Source: Escherichia phage EC.W2-6. Taken from it: a DNA stretch of 64,000 nucleotides. Of the stretch, positions 9,326 through 20,077 are shown piece by piece (position 1 is the first letter of the stretch; each line of letters starts with the position of its first letter). Below the pieces are notes generated by a model. It saw nothing but the letters and a program-made list of their open reading frames with translations, did not search any database and was not told the DNA's origin. The translations under genes were made by a program, and so were the position numbers. The stretch lies in sequence record PP445229.1; one strand, written 5' to 3'.

Positions 9326-9643
9326 ATGGCAGATCATGTAGGAAAGAGAGATTATGCACAAGAAAGACGTACCGCAATTGCCCGTGGTGAGACAGGCGTT
9401 GGGAGCAAGAGCGGAGATGCTCAGCGCCACCGTGCACGTCGCATCGTTGAAAAGCGCGATGGAAAAGCTGCTGTCAGAGGTAAAGACGTTGGACACAAAC
9501 GAGCTGTCAAGTCTGGAGGCTCTAATGCGTCAAGCAACTTACGTGTTGAATCAGTCAGCTCAAACCGTTCAAACGGCGGCAAAAGTGGTGATCGAGCTGG
9601 AAAAGCAAACGGAGCTAGGAAGGGGGCGTTGAGTGGTTCTTGA
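9326..9643 (+). CDS. basic low-complexity protein (Gly/Ser/Arg/Lys-rich)
   Basis: AAGGAG RBS; codon pattern (cgt/ggt/gct/gtt) supports this frame over overlapping 9354..9632. Confidence 0.4.
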   Translation: MADHVGKRDYAQERRTAIARGETGVGSKSGDAQRHRARRIVEKRDGKAAVRGKDVGHKRAVKSGGSNASSNLRVESVSSNRSNGGKSGDRAGKANGARKGALSGS

Positions 9644-10124
9644 TGACACCTTATCTTACGATGCGGTCACAGGTAACCTATATTACACAAAATCTCCTAG
9701 CAAAGGAGTGATGTGGAACAAAAGCCACCCCGGAAAGATAGCTGGATGTATGATATCGAAAGGCTATATCGGTGTGTATTTCCAAGGAAGACGATGGAGA
9801 GCGCACCGACTTATAGCTACGCACTTTATACCAAACCCTAACAATTATCCAGAAGTCAACCACATCAATGGGATAAAAGACGATAATCGACTGGAGAATC
9901 TTGAATGGGTATCCGCTTCTGAAAACATACAACATTCCTTTGATACAGGGTTGAATAAAGGGCACACTCGTGACAATAACGGAATGACCAAATTATCCTC
10001 TGGAGATGTTGTAAAGATTAAACAGATGTATGTGAAGGGTTCTAGGGATTTTGGCTCTAGAGGTCTTGGTAAGTTGTTTGGCGTGAGCCATACAGCTATA
10101 CTCCATGCTTTAAAGGAGCTTTAA
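9633..10124 (+). CDS. HNH homing endonuclease
   Basis: AHRLIA...EVNHINGIKDDNRLENLEW...ENIQHS HNH-type motif. Confidence 0.7.
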   Translation: MVLDDTLSYDAVTGNLYYTKSPSKGVMWNKSHPGKIAGCMISKGYIGVYFQGRRWRAHRLIATHFIPNPNNYPEVNHINGIKDDNRLENLEWVSASENIQHSFDTGLNKGHTRDNNGMTKLSSGDVVKIKQMYVKGSRDFGSRGLGKLFGVSHTAILHALKEL

Positions 10125-10140
10125 GCTCATCGTAATATGA

Positions 10141-10168
10141 GGCTACCCAAATGGGTGGCCTTTTCTTT
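10141..10168 (+). terminator. intrinsic terminator
   Basis: GGCTACCC-AAAT-GGGTGGCC stem-loop followed by TTTTCTTT. Confidence 0.6.
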
Positions 10169-10203
10169 CATATAAACCAAAATAAACTTCTTAGGTAATA
10201 AAT

Positions 10204-10458
10204 ATGTCTATTGTAAAAATCGTAAATATTTTTGATGTAACCAGAGATGGCAAGATTGTTAAGTGGACTTTCACTAACCACCACAACAAATCAAACAAGA
10301 TCATCGAACGGATGATTGAGATTAACCCAAAAACAGCTCGCACTAACGTACTCCTTCGAGGAGCTGATGGAAAATTTATCTCTTATAAGAATAAGAACGT
10401 AGAAAAATCTTTCCGTGTTGCAGTAGAAAATCTCATCCCATTCCCTAAAGGAGTTTAA
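10204..10458 (+). CDS. hypothetical protein, tandem paralog A
   Basis: Shares KTARTNV(L/M)LR...GKFISY...PFP(K/R)G with next ORF. Confidence 0.45.
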   Translation: MSIVKIVNIFDVTRDGKIVKWTFTNHHNKSNKIIERMIEINPKTARTNVLLRGADGKFISYKNKNVEKSFRVAVENLIPFPKGV

Positions 10459-10459
10459 T

Positions 10460-10744
10460 ATGAATAAGTTAGCTATGGTTCAGATTCGAGACACATACCC
10501 TAACCGCCCGGAGCAGAAACCGCGTACTTGGTCTTATCTGTTGGCTGAAAGTAAGACTATTGACAAATACGCTGTAGGGATTGATGCTATTCCAAATAGT
10601 GTCACATTACTCCCTCACAAAACAGCCAGAACTAATGTAATGTTACGTGATAGCAAAGGTAAGTTTATCTCTTATCGTGATTCAAGAATCAATAATGAAA
10701 TTAAATCTGCTGTGGAATTTTTGATGCCATTCCCAAGAGGTTGA
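10460..10744 (+). CDS. hypothetical protein, tandem paralog B
   Basis: Paralog of 10204..10458. Confidence 0.45.
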   Translation: MNKLAMVQIRDTYPNRPEQKPRTWSYLLAESKTIDKYAVGIDAIPNSVTLLPHKTARTNVMLRDSKGKFISYRDSRINNEIKSAVEFLMPFPRG

Positions 10745-10747
10745 GTT

Positions 10748-10906
10748 ATGAAAGAGTATATTTACGTTGGTCAGCGGTGGTTCGGTGATGAATGGGAAGG
10801 TGGATACAGCGTTGTGAAAGCTTTTAAGTCTGAAGAAGATGCCAAGGCATGGGTCTTAAAAGATGACGTTGGCGAGAGAACTTACATTGAAGTAGAGGTG
10901 GAGTAG
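10748..10906 (+). CDS. small hypothetical protein
   Basis: 52-aa ORF, tightly packed between neighbours. Confidence 0.3.
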   Translation: MKEYIYVGQRWFGDEWEGGYSVVKAFKSEEDAKAWVLKDDVGERTYIEVEVE

Positions 10907-10907
10907 A

Positions 10908-11330
10908 ATGCCATTACCAGCTAGACACCAAAACCGTTTCTTAGTTCTTAAGTGGGATGATATCGAAATGAATCTCACTGAACATGAACTTGATTTGTTC
11001 CATGAACTACTGTCAGAGATTCGCTCTGGTATCCCTGAACGTCAGTATGTGGTTATCAGTGATAAGCACCCTCAAGAGTTTGAAGAAGCTTGGGGTATGA
11101 AGTTGGCTTACATTCAGAGAGCTATCCGAGAAAGAGAAGAAGTCGCTAACCAAAGGGTTGTGGCTCATTTAGTACGAGAGCAACCTCGTGAAGCTAGGGC
11201 TAACCATGCACCACCTCCACCTACTCCTCGGATAGTTGTTAACGGGGCGGTTAGGGCTTACAGTTATGAAGCTACCGCGTTAGATGTGATAGAAGATAAC
11301 CAAGCATTTACAGATTTACTTTACCAATAA
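10908..11330 (+). CDS. hypothetical protein
   Basis: ORF directly upstream of polymerase; no motif. Confidence 0.45.
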   Translation: MPLPARHQNRFLVLKWDDIEMNLTEHELDLFHELLSEIRSGIPERQYVVISDKHPQEFEEAWGMKLAYIQRAIREREEVANQRVVAHLVREQPREARANHAPPPPTPRIVVNGAVRAYSYEATALDVIEDNQAFTDLLYQ

Positions 11331-11346
11331 TTTAAAGGAGTATAAA

Positions 11347-13191
11347 GTGAGCAACCCGGACGCTCTTCCATTTTTGACAGAGATGACTGTCGCTGATATA
11401 ATCTCTAAGCAAGCAAAGCACGGAGTTAGTTTCAACCGAAGAAATGCTCGGTGGTATGTTCACCTCCTTAAAGAGATTATTGTTAATATTGACAGAGAGT
11501 TGATTCCTCTCTTACCTAAGATGAGATTAGATGGCTCTACTTATATGAAGCCGTTTAAGAAGTCTGGAGCTTTACAGAAGTGGCCTCAAGCTTATTGTGA
11601 TAGGGTTGGGCTGAAAAGAGAAGACATTGGTGGAGCATTCACCTGTGTCGAATATGTAGACTTTGATCCATCGAAAGATGCACGAGTTAAAGAAGCTCTT
11701 ATGGATGAGGGCTTTCTTCCTCCAGAGTTTAACGTATCTAAGAAGCCTTGGAATACTTTCGAAATTAAGAAAGATATGAGAAAGTATGGAACATACCAAG
11801 CATGGTATACTGCTTGGATGCGAGGTAATGCTAAACAGAAGCAGACAGCCGAGATGGTTGACGCTGATATTAGAAAGTTCTTAGAGAAGCATTTTCGGTT
11901 TAAAACTAAGAACTACATGAAGGCTTACGTATTTGGTTTGGGATTAAACCCTAATCGCCGTAATCCTGTAACGTTTGATGAGATTAAGAAAGCACTAGCC
12001 ACATCAAACAAGTGGCCTACAGCTCCTACAAACCTCGAGGAGACTCTTGAAGAAGGGTTAGGGGGTGAGCTAGGGAGTGTCGGAAGTTTGCTTAAGAGAC
12101 GCGTTGTGGCGGCTCACAGGCTAGGTCTTATCAGTGGACTCATAGCAAAGGAACGCGAAGATGGTAAACTTTCGGCAGAAGCTAACAGCTGCGCTACGCC
12201 GACTTTTCGATTCAAACATCGTATCGTGGTTAATATTCCCTCCCGTGGTCTGTTTGGTCACGAGTGTCGCAGTTTGTTTGAGTCTGACTATAACTCAGAC
12301 AGTGATCACTCTCGTCCTTTCGTTATTACTAACGTTGTTCCTGATGGTTGTTATATACGAAAAGGTACTAACGTAATTTACGAGAAAGGTAAGCCGGGGA
12401 AGAAAGACAAACCTGTAGGCGCTTACAAATATTACATACCCACTGGTAAAGAAGTATTCTTAGGGTATGATGGTTCTGGACTGGAACTTCGTATGCTCGC
12501 TCACTACCTCATTAAAGAGTGTAGGGATATGCTTGCTGAGGCAATTGAAGAGAACAACCCAGCTAAGAAAGCTCTGGCAGAACGTGGTTTAGCTTCTGCT
12601 ATTATGTATCGTGATATTCTCCTTGAAGGTGATATCCACTCCCACAACCAGAAACTTGCTGGTCTTCCTACTCGTGACAACGCTAAGACATTTATCTATG
12701 CATTCAACTACGGTGCTGGCGATGCTAAGCTTGGTTCAATTGTAGGTGGTGGGGCTGACGAAGGTTCAGTGATGCGAGCACGTTTCTTAGCAGAGAACCC
12801 ATGTATTGCAATCCTCATTGATCGTATGACAGAGAAAGCTGCTCAAGGATACTTGATTGGAGTTGATGGTCGTAAGATTACAATGAGACGGGATGCCACT
12901 GGTAAGGTTATGGTTCATAAAGCCCTTAACACACTCCTGCAATGTGCTGGTGCTGTTGTTATGAAATATGCTATGATGTTCCTTAACAAGTGGATTGAGA
13001 AAGATAAGGTTCGTTGTGCTAAGGTAATTGATATGCACGATGAAGGTCAATTCTCAGTAAACCGTAATGATGTACAGAAACTCAAAGAGCACACTGAGCT
13101 TTGTGTTAAGAAAGCTGGCGAGTATCTGAACATGGAATGTCCTCTGGCATCTGATTGTCAGATTGGACTTAACTGGATGCATACACACTAA
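11347..13191 (+). CDS. DNA polymerase, family A polymerase domain (T7 gp5-like)
   Basis: DGSGLELRMLAHY (motif A) and GDIHSHNQ...LPTRDNAKTFIYAFNYGAGDAKLG (motif B) closely match T7 gp5; GTG start with AAAGGAG RBS. Confidence 0.9.
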   Translation: MSNPDALPFLTEMTVADIISKQAKHGVSFNRRNARWYVHLLKEIIVNIDRELIPLLPKMRLDGSTYMKPFKKSGALQKWPQAYCDRVGLKREDIGGAFTCVEYVDFDPSKDARVKEALMDEGFLPPEFNVSKKPWNTFEIKKDMRKYGTYQAWYTAWMRGNAKQKQTAEMVDADIRKFLEKHFRFKTKNYMKAYVFGLGLNPNRRNPVTFDEIKKALATSNKWPTAPTNLEETLEEGLGGELGSVGSLLKRRVVAAHRLGLISGLIAKEREDGKLSAEANSCATPTFRFKHRIVVNIPSRGLFGHECRSLFESDYNSDSDHSRPFVITNVVPDGCYIRKGTNVIYEKGKPGKKDKPVGAYKYYIPTGKEVFLGYDGSGLELRMLAHYLIKECRDMLAEAIEENNPAKKALAERGLASAIMYRDILLEGDIHSHNQKLAGLPTRDNAKTFIYAFNYGAGDAKLGSIVGGGADEGSVMRARFLAENPCIAILIDRMTEKAAQGYLIGVDGRKITMRRDATGKVMVHKALNTLLQCAGAVVMKYAMMFLNKWIEKDKVRCAKVIDMHDEGQFSVNRNDVQKLKEHTELCVKKAGEYLNMECPLASDCQIGLNWMHTH

Positions 13192-13199
13192 GGTGAGTG

Positions 13200-13565
13200 A
13201 TGAAAGAAACCAATATCATCTACAGAACATTGAGATGTTTAGCTAAAGAGAGGGGGATGGAGGATTTCCTCCTCCAATATTATGAAATAACTAAGACTGG
13301 AATTTATCCAAAATGGTTTAGTGAAGATCACGGATTATGCTTCAACTTTCGCTGTTATAAGAGGTATTACTATTTCACAAAGCATTTAGATATTGACGAC
13401 ATGAAGAATATGTTTAATCAAGAAAAGTTTTTGGACCCAACATACCCATTCGGATGTTATCAATATTTTAGAGATAGGGAAAACGGGGCACATCATAAGA
13501 ATCCAAAACGACGGGCTTGGATTAAAGATACACTGAAAACTCTGTACAGTATTGAGGTTGAGTGA
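13200..13565 (+). CDS. hypothetical protein
   Basis: ORF with AAGGTG RBS. Confidence 0.4.
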   Translation: MKETNIIYRTLRCLAKERGMEDFLLQYYEITKTGIYPKWFSEDHGLCFNFRCYKRYYYFTKHLDIDDMKNMFNQEKFLDPTYPFGCYQYFRDRENGAHHKNPKRRAWIKDTLKTLYSIEVE

Positions 13566-13756
13566 TGAGTGTTCGTGGTTATTATGAATCTTGGGCCGTC
13601 TTCAGCGGTGGCTCCACTCTCGTAGCATTAAATGGTCAACTGTGTATCTTTGAGACAGAGAACTTAGCAATAACCAAAGCAGCAGAGCTAGTTCGAAAGT
13701 TTCCAAACAAGACATTCACAGTTAAAAGGATAGAAGTACCTGCATTGGTAGAGTGA
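13562..13756 (+). CDS. hypothetical protein
   Basis: ORF, ATGA overlap with upstream gene. Confidence 0.4.
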   Translation: MMSVRGYYESWAVFSGGSTLVALNGQLCIFETENLAITKAAELVRKFPNKTFTVKRIEVPALVE

Positions 13757-13820
13757 ATAAATAAGACGAATGAACTATTCTTATTGATTGGTTCGTAACA
13801 AGGAGATTGAAGTGGAAGAG

Positions 13821-13940
13821 ATGCCATCGGATTGGTGTTATCGTCAGAGCGCCATCTGTAATGAACAAGGTCGTCCTGATGAGGCTGAGTTCTATCTAGA
13901 GCTAGCCGAACTGTGGAAAGAACGAGAGGAGAAAGAGTGA
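13821..13940 (+). CDS. small hypothetical protein
   Basis: 39-aa ORF with AAGGAG RBS. Confidence 0.25.
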   Translation: MPSDWCYRQSAICNEQGRPDEAEFYLELAELWKEREEKE

Positions 13941-14107
13941 TGGAAGGTATTTACCGTAAACCGCCTCCAAAATATAACATCCTTTATACTGATGCAACAG
14001 GTGAGTTTAGAAGTGTGTTAGTTTACACGGATGAAGAACGAAACCAAATGGTTGCTGCTATTGAAGCCAATGGTGGTACAATCATGCGAATTTATAACAT
14101 AACATAA
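13940..14107 (+). CDS. small hypothetical protein
   Basis: 55 aa from internal ATG of listed 13913 ORF. Confidence 0.35.
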   Translation: MEGIYRKPPPKYNILYTDATGEFRSVLVYTDEERNQMVAAIEANGGTIMRIYNIT

Positions 14108-14116
14108 GGAATATCA

Positions 14117-14293
14117 ATGACTGCTTCTGAATTAAAAGAAACCCTATCCACTGAAGAAGGTAAAGCTTTCTTCTTATCTCAAGTACACTCTATGGGTAAA
14201 GATGCCCTTCGCCAAGCAGTCGTTGAGCTTACTGGTGTAGTGATTGACTTGAGTATTGAAAATGAAACACTTGAAGCTAAAGTGAACGGTTAA
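14117..14293 (+). CDS. small hypothetical protein
   Basis: 58-aa ORF with TAAGGA RBS, followed by terminator. Confidence 0.3.
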   Translation: MTASELKETLSTEEGKAFFLSQVHSMGKDALRQAVVELTGVVIDLSIENETLEAKVNG

Positions 14294-14298
14294 ATAAG

Positions 14299-14323
14299 AA
14301 GCTGCCTTCGGGCGGCTTTTCTT
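14299..14323 (+). terminator. intrinsic terminator
   Basis: AAGCTGCC-TTCG-GGCGGCTT then TTTCTT. Confidence 0.55.
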
Positions 14324-14339
14324 GTCTAAAGGATTTGAC

Positions 14340-14732
14340 ATGAATATTGGTTTAGATTATGATGACACTTACACAGCAGATAGACGTCTGTGGAGAGATG
14401 TGATAGGATTGATGAAAGGGTATGGACATGATGTAAGATTCGTGACTTTCCGTTTCTCAGAGCCTAATGGTTATGATAACGTGGATATCCTCTATGATGC
14501 AGAGACCCTGCAAATCCCTGTCATCTTTTGTAATGGTGTGCAGAAGGATGAGGTGTGTCGACAGTTAGGTTTCTTCGTCGATATCTGGATTGATGACTTC
14601 CCTGTTGGAATCCCCAAAAAGGACCACCTAGATGGTATGCTGAAGGGCGTAAGACTTAATGACCTTAGGGCAGCACCTCCTGTAGAAATAGCCGCTCCTG
14701 TGTACTCTGAAGAGCCTTTGGTGATTCGATGA
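14340..14732 (+). CDS. HAD-like phosphatase/nucleotidase (tentative)
   Basis: N-terminal IGLDYDDTYT (DxD motif I-like) and WIDDFP; AAAGGA RBS. Confidence 0.4.
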   Translation: MNIGLDYDDTYTADRRLWRDVIGLMKGYGHDVRFVTFRFSEPNGYDNVDILYDAETLQIPVIFCNGVQKDEVCRQLGFFVDIWIDDFPVGIPKKDHLDGMLKGVRLNDLRAAPPVEIAAPVYSEEPLVIR

Positions 14733-14896
14733 AGAAATATAGTGTATGGATTAACGAGGAAGAAGAAGGTTTTGATGAAGCTGGAGGGTGGGTGAATATC
14801 CTAAACACCGACGACATAGAAGAGGCCGAGAAGTGCGCCCTAAACTATAACTCTGGATATTATGAAAGAAATTGGGAATATGGGGAAGAAGAATGA
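14729..14896 (+). CDS. small acidic protein
   Basis: 55-aa ORF, ATGA overlap. Confidence 0.3.
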   Translation: MKKYSVWINEEEEGFDEAGGWVNILNTDDIEEAEKCALNYNSGYYERNWEYGEEE

Positions 14897-15114
14897 TTTG
14901 GGTTCACACTTATAGAATTGGAAAGAAAGGGCTTACTACTATTCATACCTCTGAAGACAGTGCTAAAGCATCTCAGGCTGTACTGAAAGGGAAGATCACA
15001 CCTTATGTAGTCGCTGAAGAAAAGAAGAGTCCTCCAGTTTTGGAATACTTAGGAACAGGTAAAGCTTATACAGCACTGGATGTTATTAACAACAAACAAG
15101 GAGATGTGGCATAA
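14893..15114 (+). CDS. hypothetical protein
   Basis: Internal ATG of listed 14872 ORF, ATGA overlap. Confidence 0.35.
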   Translation: MIWVHTYRIGKKGLTTIHTSEDSAKASQAVLKGKITPYVVAEEKKSPPVLEYLGTGKAYTALDVINNKQGDVA

Positions 15115-15116
15115 AA

Positions 15117-15332
15117 ATGGAATACATTGATAAATACTCAAGTGAAGACTCAACCAACGCTGAAGTTTTGTTCGTACTAAAAACAGACTGCCTCGAACAT
15201 GGTCAGCTCATTAACTTTATGGAGTTGGCAAAACTTAAAGAAGAGATTGATCAACTATACAGCGATGAGCAATCCAGATTACTTTCCCTGTCCCTGCTAG
15301 GTGACTTAACTTGTGATGGGTGTACTATCTAA
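15117..15332 (+). CDS. hypothetical protein
   Basis: ORF; no motif. Confidence 0.4.
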   Translation: MEYIDKYSSEDSTNAEVLFVLKTDCLEHGQLINFMELAKLKEEIDQLYSDEQSRLLSLSLLGDLTCDGCTI

Positions 15333-15341
15333 GAGGTCTTT

Positions 15342-15845
15342 ATGGCTGAAGTTTATTTTGCAGGGGATGGTCACTTAGGCCATCGCAACATCTGTAGTTT
15401 TCGTAAGCAATTTAAAACCATCGAAGAACACGACAAAGTAATCCTAGCTGCATTTGATCATGTAACTAAGCGTGATAAAATCTTCTTTACCGGTGATTGG
15501 GTGTTTGAAAAGTATGCCCTTGATATCATCGCTGAAGTAAGAGGAGAGAAGCATCTAGTCTTAGGAAACCATGACAGGTTAGAACTTCTCCCTGATATGA
15601 TGAAAGTCTTCCGTAGAATCTCTGGTGATTATAAATATAAAGAGTTTTGGGTAACTCATATTCCTATTCACACTGATGAGATGAGAGGAAAGTTTAACAT
15701 TTATGCTCATACACACAACCATGTAATTGATGATTGGAGATATTTCTGTACATCAATGGAGCAAATTGACTATAAAGCTGTTTCTCTGCAAGAGATTAGG
15801 AAGGTCTTTGATGAAAGAAGAAAAGAACAAGATCTCATTATTTAA
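15342..15845 (+). CDS. metallophosphoesterase (calcineurin-like)
   Basis: GDGHLGH, GDWV and GNHD motifs. Confidence 0.65.
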   Translation: MAEVYFAGDGHLGHRNICSFRKQFKTIEEHDKVILAAFDHVTKRDKIFFTGDWVFEKYALDIIAEVRGEKHLVLGNHDRLELLPDMMKVFRRISGDYKYKEFWVTHIPIHTDEMRGKFNIYAHTHNHVIDDWRYFCTSMEQIDYKAVSLQEIRKVFDERRKEQDLII

Positions 15846-16089
15846 AGAACCTGTAGTACATAAAGATTCTATCAGAGATCAATATAATGAGATGTTAAAG
15901 AAACAAGCTGATTCTAATCTTCGTTATCAGAGGATAGTAGAACAATCTAACTTTAAAGGTTTACTTGAATGGTAACTTATATCCTTTACTTTTTAGCTTT
16001 CTTAGGAATAGTCTTTTTATCTATTCTTATTGAATTTGGTTTAAGTAAGTTAGTTAATTATTTAGGTAATAAGTAATTAATATTCTTTT

Positions 16090-16155
16090 AAATAGAGAAT
16101 CAAAGTCCCTAGGAGTCCCTACAACCTAAATCAAGGATTCCTTAATTCTCTATTT
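16090..16155. repeat. inverted repeat (11-bp arms) in AT-rich intergenic region
   Basis: AAATAGAGAAT at 16090-16100 and its complement ATTCTCTATTT at 16145-16155. Confidence 0.5.
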
Positions 16156-16323
16156 TTATCTCGCAGGTGGCTCCTGCCCTTCGGTACTTGCAAGGGATTC
16201 TGTGAATTGCCCAATATACAAGCCTGCAATAACTTTATCAGCTATACAATATATACATTACTAGTGTGATATATCTACTACCAAAGATACTTATATTATA
16301 TAGTACTCTTATCGGTATAAGCG

Positions 16324-16334
16324 TAATGTATACT
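16324..16334 (+). promoter_or_regulatory. candidate phage-specific promoter element (TAATGTATACT)
   Basis: Exact TAATGTATACT 58 nt upstream of SSB gene. Confidence 0.35.
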
Positions 16335-16391
16335 ATACATAACCGCTCAAAGAGAGCAACAATCTTTCAAATTAAATAAGGAAATTAAAAT

Positions 16392-17138
16392 ATGTCTATG
16401 ATTCCAACTATCGCAACCGCTTCCCGTAAATCCAACTACGATGTAATCCCTGATGGTGAGTACGAAGCACGTATCGTTCGTGTAGTAGGTTTGGGTGTTC
16501 ACAATCGTGACCCTTGGATTGACCCGAAGACCAAAGCAGTGACTCCTAAGAATCCGGCTTTCCGTATGGATTTAGCTTTCGAGCTGATTGGTGTTGATGC
16601 TACTGGTAAAGATTCCGATGGTAAGGCATTAGAACCACGTCCAGCTTGCCAGTTCAAGAGCTATGATGTAAACCCACGAGCTAAGAACTCTGGTATTCTT
16701 GATCTTTGCAAGATGATTGACCCAAGTATTCAAGCACTGAAAGGTGATCTATCTTGGTTCAAGGATGTTCTGTTAGGTCAGCCTGTTAACATTCTGGTTA
16801 ACTCTTATACTAACAAAGCTGGTGAAGTTAAAAACTCCATCAAGACCATTTCTCCAATCCCAACCAAATATCGTGCAGCAGTTGGTGAAGCTCGTAGTCC
16901 TCTGGTATTCTTCGAACCATATGCTGAAACCGACGAGAACGTAGCATCCTACCAACTGATGTTCCCGTTCCAGCGCAACCTGCTTACTCAAGCTAATGAC
17001 GCTAAGAACATGCCTCTGGCTGGTCGTGAAATTACTCGTGCTTCTGAAACAGAGCAGAAAGAAGCTACTCCTTCAATCCCTACGATTGATAAAGAGCCTG
17101 CTTCTACTTACGAAGACGACAACGATAGCCCATTCTAA
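16392..17138 (+). CDS. single-stranded DNA-binding protein (T7 gp2.5-like)
   Basis: Acidic C-terminal tail ending in Phe (YEDDNDSPF), strong codon bias, own upstream region and terminator. Confidence 0.65.
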   Translation: MSMIPTIATASRKSNYDVIPDGEYEARIVRVVGLGVHNRDPWIDPKTKAVTPKNPAFRMDLAFELIGVDATGKDSDGKALEPRPACQFKSYDVNPRAKNSGILDLCKMIDPSIQALKGDLSWFKDVLLGQPVNILVNSYTNKAGEVKNSIKTISPIPTKYRAAVGEARSPLVFFEPYAETDENVASYQLMFPFQRNLLTQANDAKNMPLAGREITRASETEQKEATPSIPTIDKEPASTYEDDNDSPF

Positions 17139-17149
17139 TAACTCTCCTT

Positions 17150-17173
17150 GTTATAGCTTAGCCACCTCCGGGT
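17150..17173 (+). terminator. intrinsic terminator after SSB gene
   Basis: AGCCACC-TCCG-GGTGGCT then TTTTTT. Confidence 0.7.
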
Positions 17174-17195
17174 GGCTTTTTTCGTTGGAGACAAC

Positions 17196-17546
17196 ATGCA
17201 AAACACATTAAGTGATAACTTAGGGTTTATCGTTTTCTCAGCTCTTGTATTCTTTGGTGGTATGAAGTTTAACGAATATCAAACAGACAGCAGTAATCTG
17301 GACAAAGAGAAGCACCAGCAAGAGTTAGAGATTGAAAGAAGTAGAGCAGCTGATGAAGTTGCTCAGAGAGTTCTTACCGGTTTATCTAACTGGAAGAAGA
17401 ACACAGAAACCGTTTATAAAGAGATGCATTATGAGAAAACTAAACCAGTTTTTTATGATGTCTGCGCTAGTGATGACTATGTCCGCATGTTCAATGATCG
17501 ACAGCAGCAGGCAATCAATGCCCTTACCAACAAACCTAAAAGCTGA
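17196..17546 (+). CDS. candidate i-spanin (Rz-like)
   Basis: N-terminal TM helix then coiled-coil; overlaps next ORF in another frame. Confidence 0.45.
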   Translation: MQNTLSDNLGFIVFSALVFFGGMKFNEYQTDSSNLDKEKHQQELEIERSRAADEVAQRVLTGLSNWKKNTETVYKEMHYEKTKPVFYDVCASDDYVRMFNDRQQQAINALTNKPKS

Positions 17547-17690
17547 ATGCAGGGTTGACTTACCTTTTTTAGAGAGTGCTCAAGGAAAAGCACTAGCCAC
17601 TACGTTGGAGTGGTATCAGGACCAGTACACAGAATGTGCTGCCAATCACAATGGATTGTTAGAAGCTCTGAAAGAGCGTGGAATAGAATA

Positions 17691-17691
<1 letters not shown>
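17431..17691 (+). CDS. candidate o-spanin lipoprotein (Rz1-like)
   Basis: MRK...ALVMTMSAC lipobox-like signal; begins in +1 frame inside the preceding ORF. Confidence 0.4.
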
Positions 17692-19177
<1,486 letters not shown>

Positions 19178-19187
<10 letters not shown>

Positions 19188-20077
19188 ATGAAGAGGTAAA
19201 AGCTTTAAAGAAAGCTCTTGCAATTAAAATCAAACATTTAAATTTCGTCAGAGATGAGTTGGAGGAGCTATCCAACTTATCAGGATATGAGTTACAGAAT
19301 GAGCTTGTAGAGTTTCAAATCAATATTGATGGCGGTAAATACGTAGAAACAACTAGAGCGATTTTACCTAAAGTTACTGGTAACAAAACTTCTCCAGTAG
19401 ACTACTCACATGACCACACGGAGCAATTAGAAATGGAATCTCAAGGCAATCCAGCACTGACCAATATGGTGGGAGATTCCCATTATAAGCCTTTAGTAGT
19501 AATTCTTAATGGGCCTCCGGGTTGTGGTAAAGATACGATAGCCAATGCTTGGGTCAATGCCCATTCATACCATCACAATTATTCAACCAAATCCTTCAAG
19601 GAGCCAATGTACAAGGTAGCTGCTGCTGCACTAGGCATACCTCTAGAAAACTTTCTAGCACGCTATGAAGACCGTGAATGGAAAGAAAAACCTAGACCAG
19701 AATGGGGAGGGAAGTCTGTAAGAGATTTGATGATTTCTACAAGTGAAGACTTCTTAAAACCTATGTTTGGCAACAGCCATATGGGGGATCTTGCTGTAAA
19801 AAGCATCAAACAAGAAGGGTTAGGTCAGGATGATATTGTCATGTTTACTGACGGAGGTTTTGATGCAGAGGTACGAGAACTAGAAAAGAATTTCCATGTC
19901 CAAGTTGTACAAGTTCTTAGAGATGGTTGCTCTTTTGATGGAGACTCTCGCTCATATATTGAAGGCGAACAGAGAAAAACATATCTACTGTTTAATGACT
20001 CAACTATTGAATCAGCAGTATCAGATCTAGATTGGATTATTGCTCAAGCTCAGGATGATATTTATGGAAGAAGTTAA
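19178..20077 (+). CDS. deoxynucleoside monophosphate kinase (T4 gp1-like) with N-terminal coiled-coil extension
   Basis: P-loop NGPPGCGKDT and downstream blocks resembling T4 dNMP kinase. Confidence 0.6.

Noticed and set aside
9354-9632. Alternative frame ORF overlapping 9326..9643
   Set aside because: Its codons are third-position G-rich, as expected for a shifted frame; the 9326 frame has the RBS and the genome-typical codon pattern.
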